A DNA stretch of 64,000 nucleotides from Candidatus Poseidoniales archaeon (GTDB lineage Archaea; Thermoplasmatota; Poseidoniia; Poseidoniales; Poseidoniaceae): assembly GCA_003602415.1 (NCBI GenBank), contig QQSK01000005.1, positions 31,772-95,771 of the forward strand, given 5' to 3'. Every line of letters begins with the position of its first letter. The stretch's first letter is position 1. Both the position numbers and the translations under genes were made by a program. The notes under the pieces were generated by a model. That model was not told the DNA's origin. It searched no databases and saw nothing but the letters and a program-made list of their open reading frames with translations. This document shows, in pieces, positions 37,025 through 46,819 of this stretch.

Positions 37025-37104
37025 ATTCTTTGACTCTAATAGTTGCATTTGAATCGCTCGATTTGAGCGAGGCATTCAAGTCATCCGACCTGCACGCGGT
37101 TGAC

Positions 37105-37536
37105 ATGCTGCCTGATACAGTACACAAATTGCCTCAGTCTGAAAGATTTGCATATGCTAAATTATTGGCTTACATGACCCGAGTGGACAACGAATTAACC
37201 GTTGAAGAGATGTCAATGTTTGAACAGCGATTAGGTACTGCTTTGCTATCTCCAAAACAGCGTGATATGATTCGTGCATCTCTGAAAAATCCACCTACCT
37301 TAGAGGAATGTTTGAACAATCTAGGCGATGAGGCTGGAAGACTAGCGCTTCGAGATGCTGTACTAATGTCTGCTTCTGATGGAACAGTTGATGAAGATGA
37401 AAGAGAAGCATTGGAAGAGATTGCAGAACATCTTGATCTTCACCCCGATGCAGTAAAGAGATTACTTGCATGGACCGTAGAAGGCTATGCTTGGATGCAA
37501 GCAGGATATGACTTGCTAAATGACCTTTCAAGGTGA
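37105..37536 (+). CDS. TerB-like domain protein
   Basis: LAYMTRVDNELTVEEMSMFEQ and VLMSASDGTVDEDEREALEEIAEHL show the aaDG-x-hxxxE repeat pattern of TerB/DjlA-N domains. Confidence 0.55.
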   Translation: MLPDTVHKLPQSERFAYAKLLAYMTRVDNELTVEEMSMFEQRLGTALLSPKQRDMIRASLKNPPTLEECLNNLGDEAGRLALRDAVLMSASDGTVDEDEREALEEIAEHLDLHPDAVKRLLAWTVEGYAWMQAGYDLLNDLSR

Positions 37537-37990
37537 TTCGCTGCTCCCGGATGCTGCACTGGCCCTTGCTGAAGAGCAACGACGGAAGATTGCTTGTACT
37601 CTAGTCTTAGTTGCTGCTGCTGATGGAGCGTTGGTTAGAGAAGAAATCTCTGCAATCGAGTCGGCTATGGGAGCTATGATGTTACATCCCGAAAGTAGGG
37701 AAGAGGTTCGGCAGTTGCTAACTCAGCCTCCAGAATTGGATTCAATATTAGATGGAATGGAAGTTTCAGCGATCAGAATCGCATTGAGAGATTGTGCATT
37801 GTTATCTTCGGTAGACGGTGATTATGATGATGCTGAATTGTGGGCGCTTCGAAGGATTGCCGATGCTGGTGGCCTTACAGAAAAAGAATTGTCGGAAATT
37901 CTGGAATGGGTTTCAGATTCATGGAAACTCGGTTCAAAGGGCCGTTCGATTATAGCATTGCCAATACCCGGTGATGAAAATATTGTTTAG
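37520..37990 (+). CDS. TerB-like domain protein (paralogue of the upstream gene)
   Basis: LVLVAAADGALVREEISAIES and ALLSSVDGDYDDAELWALRRIAD. Overlaps the upstream gene by 17 nt. Confidence 0.55.
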   Translation: MTFQGDSLLPDAALALAEEQRRKIACTLVLVAAADGALVREEISAIESAMGAMMLHPESREEVRQLLTQPPELDSILDGMEVSAIRIALRDCALLSSVDGDYDDAELWALRRIADAGGLTEKELSEILEWVSDSWKLGSKGRSIIALPIPGDENIV

Positions 37991-38123
37991 TCATGGTACG
38001 GATGTTGGGTCGGGGTTTCCGGAATCAAGTAAAACAGGGAATTTCCCCCTATGTTTTATTATCAGTACCTCCCTCGAAGCAACCAGCGCAATTCGCTAAT
38101 TTTGAAATTGAGAGTGAACATTG

Positions 38124-38708
38124 ATGGGAATACATCCAAAAATTGGAATCACCGGTCTTCCAAGATCTGGTAAATCTGCAGTTCTGGCTAAAGTGCTGGA
38201 AATGTTGGAAGAAGAAAGGCGCAGAGAGATCAATGCGCGAGGTGGTGATGGAGCAGGTACTGACATTATTGGAGGTATGCGGACTGAGCCAATTATGGAT
38301 AATTCAGAGCGCGTTGGTTACAAAGTGATCAATATCACAACTGGTGATGAAGCGGTTATGGCTCACAAGTCGATAGATAGTCGACTTAGAGTATTGGGGT
38401 ATGGGATCGATACTGAAGCTCTTGAAAGTGTAGCAATACCAGCGATTGAACACGCTAGAGATTATTCTGAAGTTGTAGTCATCGATGAAATCGGAAAATT
38501 CGCTGTTGAGTCTGAAGGCTTCGTGAATGTAGTTAGGTCTGCTCTTGAAGTTGACAAACCAACTCTACTAGCACTACACAAAAAGAGTAGGCACCCCTTA
38601 CTACAAGATATTCGAAGAAGAGACGATGCTCGGATTTTGGAAGTCACTCCAGTCAATCGCGCTTTACTACCGTATAAAATTCACAAATTGATGCGTGAAA
38701 CCTACTGA
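38124..38708 (+). CDS. P-loop NTPase, THEP1/MJ1559-like
   Basis: KIGITGLPRSGKS (Walker A) and VVVIDEIGKFA (Walker B). About 194 aa. Confidence 0.7.
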   Translation: MGIHPKIGITGLPRSGKSAVLAKVLEMLEEERRREINARGGDGAGTDIIGGMRTEPIMDNSERVGYKVINITTGDEAVMAHKSIDSRLRVLGYGIDTEALESVAIPAIEHARDYSEVVVIDEIGKFAVESEGFVNVVRSALEVDKPTLLALHKKSRHPLLQDIRRRDDARILEVTPVNRALLPYKIHKLMRETY

Positions 38709-38734
38709 TTCATGCGAGAGTTCATGCCCTATCA

Positions 38735-39088
38735 TTGAGTGGGAGCATCATGAGTCCCGCCGATAGTGCTCGTAGATTACTATTGGGCACCGGGTTAGGG
38801 CTGTTAATGGCAAGTGGCCTCGCCCTTATCTCAGGTGTACTTTCAATTGAAGAGCCGGGATTAGGAATGATTGTGCCCTTCATTGGGTTAATTCTATTGG
38901 GCCTCTCCGGTCCTACAGGACGTGGAGAAGGGCCTCTTTCGGCTTGGTTTCCAAATGAAAATGAAGGAGAAATGGCTGGTCGTGTTGAAGCGGAGTTGAG
39001 TCGTTCAGCAGTTGATGAAGACGTTGGTGACGCTTGGGCTAAACTAGAACATAGTATGCTTTCTAAAGAATTGGAGGAAGAGGAATGA
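38735..39088 (+). CDS. small hypothetical membrane protein
   Basis: Two hydrophobic helices and an acidic tail ending EEEE. Preferred over the antisense ORF 38722..39096 on orientation and composition. Confidence 0.4.
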   Translation: MSGSIMSPADSARRLLLGTGLGLLMASGLALISGVLSIEEPGLGMIVPFIGLILLGLSGPTGRGEGPLSAWFPNENEGEMAGRVEAELSRSAVDEDVGDAWAKLEHSMLSKELEEEE

Positions 39089-39849
39089 ATTTTCAACTCC
39101 CAGATAATGGCAAGAAAAAAAGAGACCGGTACTGGAACGTTTGTATTGTTCTAGGAATTATTGGGTTCATTATGATTGGAGCTAGCGGGGCTAGTTCATC
39201 ATCTGGCGAATATACCTACGATAATGGATGGGATTGGGAGTACACTTGTGATGATGGTCAAATTATCATGGGTGAAGGTGGAAAGCAAATTACAGGTATC
39301 GAAAATGATGGTTACGAAGATTGTAATGATGGTTCGGATGAGGTGAGTGACGGATTTGCTGATACCTGTGGTGGATTGTTGTGTTGCGGCTCGATAATTT
39401 TCGCAATTAGTGCACTATCAACTAAGGTTAACCAGCAACAAGTTGTTGTCATCCAACAGCAACCACAATATGTTCCTGTGGTTCAACAAGTAGTTCAGCA
39501 ACCTGTAAGACAAGTTGCGCCTGCCCCACAAGTCACTCCCAAGCCTACTGGCTGGGATGATACACCCAAACAAGTATGGGCAAGTAAGGCGAAAAATCTA
39601 GAGCTTGCCAGAAATTGGGAAGAGGCCGCTAATGCCTACGAAAAGGCCGGAATGTATGCCGATGCTGGAAGAGTAAGACAAGAAAATCTTGAGCAATCTC
39701 AACCTATGGTTCAAATTGGCCAGGTAGGAAATACTGTGCTAAATGATTCTGTGATGATTGCTGACGGTGGTCAGAAAACCTGCAATAATTGTGGAAATAA
39801 TGTAGAGGCAACGTGGAATATTTGCCCTCATTGCTCTAGCCAATTATGA
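39085..39849 (+). CDS. membrane-anchored protein with acidic Cys motif, Q-rich linker and C-terminal zinc ribbon
   Basis: TM helix (VCIVLGIIGFIMIGA), NDGYEDCNDGSDE, a second hydrophobic segment, a QQQ-rich region, and a C-terminal CNNCGN...CPHCSS. Confidence 0.6.
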   Translation: MNFQLPDNGKKKRDRYWNVCIVLGIIGFIMIGASGASSSSGEYTYDNGWDWEYTCDDGQIIMGEGGKQITGIENDGYEDCNDGSDEVSDGFADTCGGLLCCGSIIFAISALSTKVNQQQVVVIQQQPQYVPVVQQVVQQPVRQVAPAPQVTPKPTGWDDTPKQVWASKAKNLELARNWEEAANAYEKAGMYADAGRVRQENLEQSQPMVQIGQVGNTVLNDSVMIADGGQKTCNNCGNNVEATWNICPHCSSQL

Positions 39850-39895
39850 GAAAGGTTTGATTCCTTAGACGGTCTGCCAATGTTGAGGGAGAAGT

Positions 39896-40279
39896 ATGAG
39901 TGAAGTCCCAGAAGGTTTGTTTTACACAAAAGAACACGAATGGATTAGAGTCGATGGGGATGAAGTGGTTATCGGAATTACCGATCACGCCCAAAATGCT
40001 CTAACCGATATTGTATACATCGAATTGCCTGAAGTCGGCCAAGTCTGTGAAGACATGGGCGAGTTTGCAATTGTAGAATCTGTAAAGTCTGCATCACCTA
40101 TCTTCGCTCCTCTTGCTGGAGAAATCACTGCGGTAAACGATGTCTTGGAAGATGAACCGGAATTGATGAATCAAGAGCCATACGGTAGCGGATGGATTAT
40201 TCGAATGAAATTGGATAACGCTGACGCCGTATCTGGACTTATGTCTCCTGCAGATTACAAAGCTGAAATCGGCGAGTGA
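39896..40279 (+). CDS. gcvH: glycine cleavage system protein H
   Basis: YTKEHEWIRVDGD..GITDHAQ and the lipoyl-lysine motif VESVKSAS. Confidence 0.9.
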   Translation: MSEVPEGLFYTKEHEWIRVDGDEVVIGITDHAQNALTDIVYIELPEVGQVCEDMGEFAIVESVKSASPIFAPLAGEITAVNDVLEDEPELMNQEPYGSGWIIRMKLDNADAVSGLMSPADYKAEIGE

Positions 40280-40286
40280 AGTTAGA

Positions 40287-40811
40287 ATGCTTCACATTTA
40301 CGTCGATGGTTCTTGTATTGGAAACCAAAACGTAGATGCTGAAACCCCTGCAGGATGGGGGGTTGTAATAATTACAGGATCTAATGATTTAGGTAGAGGT
40401 AATGGTGAAATTTTGTATGAATTTCATGGTAAAGTAATCACTGATTCTGAAGATTCTAATTTCATTGGAGCGGAGGTTGGCTCCAACAATACAGCCGAAT
40501 TAACCGCTTTTGCTGAAGCGTTAAGGTGGGCTTTAACCGAAGGCGGAGAGTCTGAAATCATTATCAAAACCGATTCACAATATGCCGGTAATCAAGCAAC
40601 AGGGGCTTGGAAGGCTAAAGCAAATCGAGAATTGGTTGCACATGTACAATCGTTATGGAAAGAAGTTTCTGAATTAAGAAGCCTGTCTTGGGAGCATGTA
40701 AAGGCGCACAGTGGCCATCGGTGGAATGAAAGAGCTGACCATTTGGCGATTAGGGCTGCAAATGATGAGCCGCCGAAATCGCTTTCTTTCTGGAAGCCTG
40801 GTCAGCGTTGA
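40287..40811 (+). CDS. rnhA: ribonuclease HI
   Basis: YVDGSC, NNTAELTA, TDSQY, and KAHSGHRWNERADHLA. Confidence 0.85.
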   Translation: MLHIYVDGSCIGNQNVDAETPAGWGVVIITGSNDLGRGNGEILYEFHGKVITDSEDSNFIGAEVGSNNTAELTAFAEALRWALTEGGESEIIIKTDSQYAGNQATGAWKAKANRELVAHVQSLWKEVSELRSLSWEHVKAHSGHRWNERADHLAIRAANDEPPKSLSFWKPGQR

Positions 40812-41659
40812 AGTCTATCTTCGAGCCATCTTCTCAAATCTTCTGCCAAGTCATCTCGGCGTAATGCGTGATCGATTTGACTTTTCAACCAAGGCAATGG
40901 TGAGCCGGAGTCATACCACTGAAACCCATCTAATTCCACTCCAACTAGGCCATCATTCTGCATCCAATGGCGTTGTACTGCAATTGATTGTAATTCTCCA
41001 TGCGTTTCAAAATCGTATTTTTGTAGTAATGACTCTGTGTCTGCTGTGAACAAATACCGGCCACAAAGAACAAGGTTGCTGGGTGCCATATCACGCGGCG
41101 GTTTTTCGACGATGTCTGTCACTTTATCTTCAGCCATTACTACTACTCCGTAGTTTTCAGGGTCTTCTACTGTAGCAAGACCGACGCAGGGTAATCCTGT
41201 TTTTTCATGGGCTTTGACTAGAATTTGGCTCGCAGTAGAGGCTATGTGCTCAGTGGGCGAACTGTGATTATCAATCAGAAGATTATCGCCCAGAAGAACA
41301 AGGAATGGTCCATTGATTGCATGAAGGGCGCAAGATAGGGCATCGCCGAAGCCGCGTGGAATTGTCTGAGTATGAATATGAACTTCTACATCCGAAAATG
41401 GAGAGACTAGATTTGGGTCTAAATCTGGGCGAGTAGTTGCAAGCGCCGAATTATCTCTTAGCAAAGAGGATAGGTCCTTTGAAGGAGATGTGATAATGTG
41501 AAGACGGGTTGCTCCTGCTGAGATTGCCTCTCTTGCAAGATGGGTTAGTGCAGGTACATCGACTAATGGCAACGCTTCCTTAGCGATTGCTGCGCTAGCA
41601 GGTAGCATTCTGGAGCCGATTCCTCCCGCCACTAGTATTGCGTCTTCAACCGCTGCCAT
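40802..41659 (-). CDS. UTP--glucose-1-phosphate uridylyltransferase-like nucleotidyltransferase
   Basis: AILVAGGIGSRMLPASAAIAKEALPL, GFGDAL and VLLGDNLL. Confidence 0.75.
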   Translation of the reverse strand: MAAVEDAILVAGGIGSRMLPASAAIAKEALPLVDVPALTHLAREAISAGATRLHIITSPSKDLSSLLRDNSALATTRPDLDPNLVSPFSDVEVHIHTQTIPRGFGDALSCALHAINGPFLVLLGDNLLIDNHSSPTEHIASTASQILVKAHEKTGLPCVGLATVEDPENYGVVVMAEDKVTDIVEKPPRDMAPSNLVLCGRYLFTADTESLLQKYDFETHGELQSIAVQRHWMQNDGLVGVELDGFQWYDSGSPLPWLKSQIDHALRRDDLAEDLRRWLEDRLQR

Positions 41660-41712
41660 TGTATGCCTAACATCCCCATTGTTTTCAAGCGTCGCGGCTC
41701 ACAGGACCAATT

Positions 41713-42120
41713 ATGGGCGCAAAGGCAGAGTGGCGAATTTTTGCCAGCCTTGGCTTTATTCTAGTTGCAATCACATTTACTGATGCTTCTCCAAAAGGCC
41801 CCTGGGATGATTCAACGTTCACATCCGGAGCTTTGGGACTAACTGGCATGGTTTTGCTTTACTTGGCTTGGTTTAGAGTTACATTTGAGCGAAAAGGGGT
41901 CGTTCCCACAATGGATTTGTGGAAAGATCCTGAAGCCTCATCTAAATTGGTAATGCTAACCGGAATTGTAATTTTAGGAATTGCATATGCTATTGGAAGA
42001 ATTGATTTCTTTCCCGAGCCTGCGGGTCTAGTACTATCGTTGGTTGGACTTTTAGTGACCACGAACGGAGTATACGTCTGGCTTTCAACCGCTGGCCCAT
42101 TGTCGAGCGAGGAAGAATGA
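41713..42120 (+). CDS. small hypothetical membrane protein
   Basis: Four hydrophobic helices. The C-terminus ends SSEEE. Confidence 0.45.
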   Translation: MGAKAEWRIFASLGFILVAITFTDASPKGPWDDSTFTSGALGLTGMVLLYLAWFRVTFERKGVVPTMDLWKDPEASSKLVMLTGIVILGIAYAIGRIDFFPEPAGLVLSLVGLLVTTNGVYVWLSTAGPLSSEEE

Positions 42121-44046
42121 TTATTCTTCTTCGAAATACAATTTTTCCGGCTTTGGCGAGCGCATCATAGCAAAGAGATAAACGAGTAAGATAATTATTA
42201 CAAGTCCAAGAATTATACCTGTGACCTCTTCATTATCATCATCGTGATCGCCTCTTCCTCTATGCTCATCATCGTCATCGTCATCATCGTCATCGTCATT
42301 GTCTCGGTCGATTACTGGTTCAACATAATTCCATGTCAGTGTAAATCCAATTTCATCTTCACCGTCAACAATCAAACCAAGGCATTTTTCACCAGACTGG
42401 TTCGCATCGAATGATAAGGACCAATCTGAATTTGAACCGATGGAGGTGCCTTGTCCAGCAACGTCATAGCAAGTAATATTGTCTACGATTGAAGATGTTG
42501 AAATTATGACCATCTCTCCCTCATACATAGGTCCGAGAGTGATTATTGAACCGTCGCTAAGGTTTGCTCTAAACCCAGATGAGGTCAAAACTTGGGAGTT
42601 AAAATCGACTACTGTATCTTCAACCTCTTCCTGGGTTTCTCGAATTGGATTTTGCATCGAATTTAGTCCAATAAATAGCCTGTCGTCGTGCCATGGAACT
42701 TCTTCAGAGCCCCATGCTGCATCGATTGTTATCGCATACCAAGCTTGGTCTTGTGCATTGATAGGGTTGTGAGAAAATTGTTCGTTAGACAAATTTGTAG
42801 TTGCTAACTCTTCTACATTTTCAAGTGACTCGATTGGGCCGGTTACTGAGCGCCAAACTCGAGCCATCGCATTCGGATTTTGAGTGTTGTCGGCCCAAGA
42901 AATCACAATAGTGCCGTCACCGAATCTTTCAGCATTTAAGCTAGTTGCAGTGGTGGTAGAAATTGTAGATTCGATTACTGGATTAGAAACCGGAGAGGAT
43001 TCTGTAAGCGTCAAAATCTCATTTCCTTCTGAGTCCACTAAGGTAATGGCATACGAAGTTTTTCTGTGTTCTCCGAATGGGATTTCGACATCGAAAGTCG
43101 AAGTACTAGCATCGACAGTAGCAACTAAGTTACTCGGATTGATCACTTCTAATTCAGAATCATGTCTGTAGATGTTAATTGATAGATCCTCATCTAAAAC
43201 GCCCTCTTCCCAATCCAATGATGTTGTTGCTGTTTCAGAATCGAAAGAGGCGGTTAATTCGCCGATGAATAATGGAGGGGTGTTGTCTTCAGTTACTGGT
43301 TCTGTAAGTGTATTACTACCAAGGAATCTCGTGTCTTCAGATGTTTCAAACAATAGGGTGACCGAATAGTAAATTTCTCTTTCAACTTGATTTGAAGAGT
43401 GATTAATTTCGAAGGTTGTTGAACCCGCAGGAACACTGCTGCTGACTATTGTTTTAGCCATTGAATTCCAGTTCTCTCTTGTTGCTGGAGAATCATGGCT
43501 GTAAATCATGACTGAATGATTCATTGGGAAATCCGGTTCGATATAATCCCAAGATAGAGTGGTGATATCATCAGAATACATTCCTGTCAGATTATCTACT
43601 GCCATGACTGGAGAAACCACTTCTTCGACTGAATTACTGATAATCCAATGTATTCCATTATTACCGAATGAAAGAACATATTCAAAATCATCATGATCGA
43701 ACGGGCTCGGGAAGTGTTCGATTTGGAAAGTTGCTCCTGAACATTCAGAATTAGACGTGCCTTGGGTGCAAAATTGTATATTTGTTGCAATGGATTCTAT
43801 GTATGCAGGATAGTCGCCAGCTACTAATCTAAAAATTGAGAACGTTTCGTCCTTTAGTTCATCTAACAGAGTAGCATTATTGGTTACAGGCATTGTAATA
43901 TCCAGAGTTGTCATCTCTATTGAGTTATCAAACGATGCAGTAATCGTGATGCCGGAATTCTCATCCAGCCCACTCGCAGTTGCTGGATTAGTGAATGGAA
44001 CAATCGCAAGAAGAAGGATTGTGGTAAACAGAAAGGCGCTGCGCAT
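42121..44046 (-). CDS. secreted, C-terminally anchored surface protein with poly-Asp tract
   Basis: Signal peptide MRSAFLFTTILLLAIVPFTNPATA and a beta-rich ectodomain. The acidic run DRDNDDDDDDDDDDEH is followed by a TM helix and the tail KLYFEEE. Confidence 0.75.
   Translation of the reverse strand: MRSAFLFTTILLLAIVPFTNPATASGLDENSGITITASFDNSIEMTTLDITMPVTNNATLLDELKDETFSIFRLVAGDYPAYIESIATNIQFCTQGTSNSECSGATFQIEHFPSPFDHDDFEYVLSFGNNGIHWIISNSVEEVVSPVMAVDNLTGMYSDDITTLSWDYIEPDFPMNHSVMIYSHDSPATRENWNSMAKTIVSSSVPAGSTTFEINHSSNQVEREIYYSVTLLFETSEDTRFLGSNTLTEPVTEDNTPPLFIGELTASFDSETATTSLDWEEGVLDEDLSINIYRHDSELEVINPSNLVATVDASTSTFDVEIPFGEHRKTSYAITLVDSEGNEILTLTESSPVSNPVIESTISTTTATSLNAERFGDGTIVISWADNTQNPNAMARVWRSVTGPIESLENVEELATTNLSNEQFSHNPINAQDQAWYAITIDAAWGSEEVPWHDDRLFIGLNSMQNPIRETQEEVEDTVVDFNSQVLTSSGFRANLSDGSIITLGPMYEGEMVIISTSSIVDNITCYDVAGQGTSIGSNSDWSLSFDANQSGEKCLGLIVDGEDEIGFTLTWNYVEPVIDRDNDDDDDDDDDDEHRGRGDHDDDNEEVTGIILGLVIIILLVYLFAMMRSPKPEKLYFEEE
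42265..42303 (-). repeat. GAT/GAC trinucleotide run encoding the poly-Asp tract
   Basis: The plus strand reads catcatcgtcatcgtcatcatcgtcatcgtca, a low-complexity triplet repeat within the coding sequence. Confidence 0.8.
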
Positions 44047-44082
44047 GACTGTTGAATATGGGCCGCGTTGATGAGTGTTGCG

Positions 44083-45558
44083 TCAATCTAGGAAGCCCAT
44101 GTCGTCGAGTGTGTCCAGAGCGTCACTAAGATCTGGTAACTCTCCTTCTGTCATATCAGACACATGAATCTCTACTGGTTCGGGTGTGGTTGGTTGTTCA
44201 CCGTCTCCTGAAAGCCAATTCTGCCACTGATTCACCCTCTCCTCGTTTTTGATTTTCATTGGAGCCCAAAGCCCATCGATATCTAGACCGTCTAGCGAGC
44301 GAATCGTAGATGCAAATCTATCTGCGTCTACTTCATCCATTCGCATCAGTAATTCTCGTAAACGGGTTAGAACAACTTCGTCGCCATCGGCCCATAATTT
44401 GGGAATAATTCCTCGATTGTCTTCTGAATATTCTTCGAGATAATCACGAATTGTGTAGACTAAATTTCTACGAACTATCTGAGAGTGATGGTCGCACAAT
44501 TCCAAAATCTTGTCAGCCCACATCTCCTTATCGAGGAATCTTAAATCGCCAACAGTAGCACTAGCAGCGGCTAGAACGCTTTCGTCTTCGTCTTCCAGCA
44601 TACTGTTGAGCAATGGAATTGCATCGGTTGTAATCCTTCGGAACATTCGTGTCAATACATCTGCCATAGCACGGCGCGTGAGTAGGTCTTCTCTCGAATT
44701 GAGAACTCTTATACATTCAAGTCCCGCTTCTTTGTCGCCTTCAATCAATTTAGCAAGACAAACTACTACGCGGCTAGATACTTCTTCGGATGGATCACTT
44801 GCTCTTCGAATTAGAATGTTTGAGATCCCCAAGGGTTCAATCAATTCTTTCCTCTCCAGCAAAAGTCTGCACCACTCGACCAAAAGTTTGCGGCGTTCTT
44901 CGCCACTATTCTCTAACTGAGTCATCACCCATATCGCTGCATTAGTGCCTGCTTCATGGGCTACAACCGAAGTGGTTCGAGGAACCATTCCATGAGGATT
45001 CCAGTCTAAATTTGCACTAGACACATCTGGCTGTGTGTGCCAAGTTCCTGGACGTTCCGCCAATGCAATCGATTCCACTAAGTGATATCCTTGGTGCACA
45101 GGTTGTCCGTGTGATGCATTGCACAATCCGTTGACCAATGCAACAGATAGCCACCACCTGTCTGGGTCGGGGCTGGATTGGTCGAGTGCTTGAGCGAGCC
45201 ATTCTGTCGCAATTGCGAAAAGTAGCCTTTCAGTAAGAACGTCTAATCTTTTCAACAACCATCTTTCATGGATCTCAAACGGGTCGTCGGTCAAATTCAT
45301 TCGATGAGGTACAATCAAATCAACAACGATTGATAGATGTCTGTCGAACATTCCTTTATCGGCTTGTAGTAAACCTAGGCCTAATTCGAGGATTCTGTCT
45401 TTGTTACTGGGGTGGACTGGCGGGAAGTCTGCATCAGACAATGGCGGGTGAGGTAATGGCCATGATTTCACTCCCTCTTCGAGAGCCTTGGATAGACCCT
45501 GTTCTAAGGCTTCTAGAACTTTGGCTGATACACGGCGCCTACTCTTCATCTGATTCAC
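44083..45558 (-). CDS. hypothetical alpha-helical (HEAT/ARM-like) repeat protein
   Basis: 491 aa with helical repeat character in the C-terminal half. The acidic tail ends ...LSDALDTLDDMGFLD. Confidence 0.6.
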   Translation of the reverse strand: MNQMKSRRRVSAKVLEALEQGLSKALEEGVKSWPLPHPPLSDADFPPVHPSNKDRILELGLGLLQADKGMFDRHLSIVVDLIVPHRMNLTDDPFEIHERWLLKRLDVLTERLLFAIATEWLAQALDQSSPDPDRWWLSVALVNGLCNASHGQPVHQGYHLVESIALAERPGTWHTQPDVSSANLDWNPHGMVPRTTSVVAHEAGTNAAIWVMTQLENSGEERRKLLVEWCRLLLERKELIEPLGISNILIRRASDPSEEVSSRVVVCLAKLIEGDKEAGLECIRVLNSREDLLTRRAMADVLTRMFRRITTDAIPLLNSMLEDEDESVLAAASATVGDLRFLDKEMWADKILELCDHHSQIVRRNLVYTIRDYLEEYSEDNRGIIPKLWADGDEVVLTRLRELLMRMDEVDADRFASTIRSLDGLDIDGLWAPMKIKNEERVNQWQNWLSGDGEQPTTPEPVEIHVSDMTEGELPDLSDALDTLDDMGFLD

Positions 45559-45592
45559 CCAATTGTAGGGGCCTGATTCCTAAGAATCAACC

Positions 45593-46531
45593 TCAAATGT
45601 CTAGCTCGATGTTAAGGTTCTGAATTAGTTCCTTGTATCGGTTACGGATTGTGACTTCTGTTACACCTGCGACTTCTGCTACTTCGCGCTGTGTTCTGCG
45701 CTTTCCACATAGTACACTTGCGATGTAAATGATAGATGCCGCTATTCCTGTAGGACCGCGCCCGCTAGTCAATTCTTTTTCTTGTGCAGCCTTGATCAAC
45801 TCATGTGCTTTAGCTTCAACTTCAGCATCTAATCCAAGACCTGAACAGAATCTTGAAATGTAATCTTCAGGCCCTGTTGGCATAATTTTCATCTTCAATT
45901 CACGAACCATAAATCTGTAGGTTCTTCCGATTTCCTTGCGCCCTGTACGGCTTGCTTGTCCGATTTCATCAAGAGTACGTGGAACTCCACATTGTCTGCA
46001 TGCTGCGTAAAGTGATGCTGCTGCAACGCCTTCAATCGAGCGTCCACGAATCAATCTCTTCTCTACAGCTTTCTTGTAATTTACAGCTGCTGCTTCTCTA
46101 ACGGATTTAGGAAGTTCCAAGCGGCTTGCCATACGGTCAAGTTCAGCAAGAGCCATTGCAAGATTTCGTTCTGTAGCATTAGAAACTCTAGATCGCTTCT
46201 GCCACTTCCTCATTCGGTAGAATTGAGACCTGTAGCGGGAGTTGATTGTTTTTCCAGAGTAATCCTTGTTTTGCCAATCGATATCTGTCGAGAGACCTTT
46301 GTCGTGAAGCATGACTGTCATAGGTGCTCCAGTACGCGCTCTTTGGTCGCCCTGCTCGGGAGAGAATACTCTCCATTCTGCACCCTGGTCGATTACATTG
46401 TCTTCCAATACTAGACCACAGTCGTCACAGACAACTTCACCGCGTGTCTCGTCGCGTGTTAGGGAGCGACTTCCACAGTCGCTGCATTTTACAATATCTT
46501 CTACATGTTGGTTGTTATCCATAATATCCAC
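45593..46531 (-). CDS. tfb: transcription initiation factor IIB (TFB)
   Basis: N-terminal zinc ribbon [26 protein letters not shown], a B-finger/linker and two cyclin-fold repeats ([18 protein letters not shown]..., [16 protein letters not shown]...). Confidence 0.95.
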   Translation of the reverse strand: MDIMDNNQHVEDIVKCSDCGSRSLTRDETRGEVVCDDCGLVLEDNVIDQGAEWRVFSPEQGDQRARTGAPMTVMLHDKGLSTDIDWQNKDYSGKTINSRYRSQFYRMRKWQKRSRVSNATERNLAMALAELDRMASRLELPKSVREAAAVNYKKAVEKRLIRGRSIEGVAAASLYAACRQCGVPRTLDEIGQASRTGRKEIGRTYRFMVRELKMKIMPTGPEDYISRFCSGLGLDAEVEAKAHELIKAAQEKELTSGRGPTGIAASIIYIASVLCGKRRTQREVAEVAGVTEVTIRNRYKELIQNLNIELDI

Positions 46532-46819
46532 ATCCTCGGAACACGATTGTATCCGATTTCTTGACCAAACCCCACATCAGGGGTTATTTAATGTTTGTTG
46601 CGGCACAATTAATACTCTTTCCATTACAATTTCGTCTCAGTACACCGTTTTCATATTTTTTGACAAATTGCAAGATATTTACGGAACTCGCACCGGTTTT
46701 GTAATGTATATTGGGTGTGATGACAATTGATTTTCACGGTTGTCCCGTCCTGAAAAATAATACAAATCAAACGAACCCGTTAAACCCCCTTACCTCTTGA
46801 AGTAGGATGGAGGGAGAAT

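Noticed and set aside
38040-38062. GGGAATTTCCC palindrome and a GGGGTTTCCGG string upstream of the NTPase gene, considered as an operator or as related to the GGAAAC motif
   Set aside because: It is a single occurrence of short length, with no second half-site or repeat. It is indistinguishable from chance.
38722-39096. Minus-strand 124-aa ORF antisense to 38735..39088
   Set aside because: It is S/P/N-rich and low-complexity. The plus-strand product has two clean TM helices and matches the orientation of its neighbours. Both calls remain low confidence.
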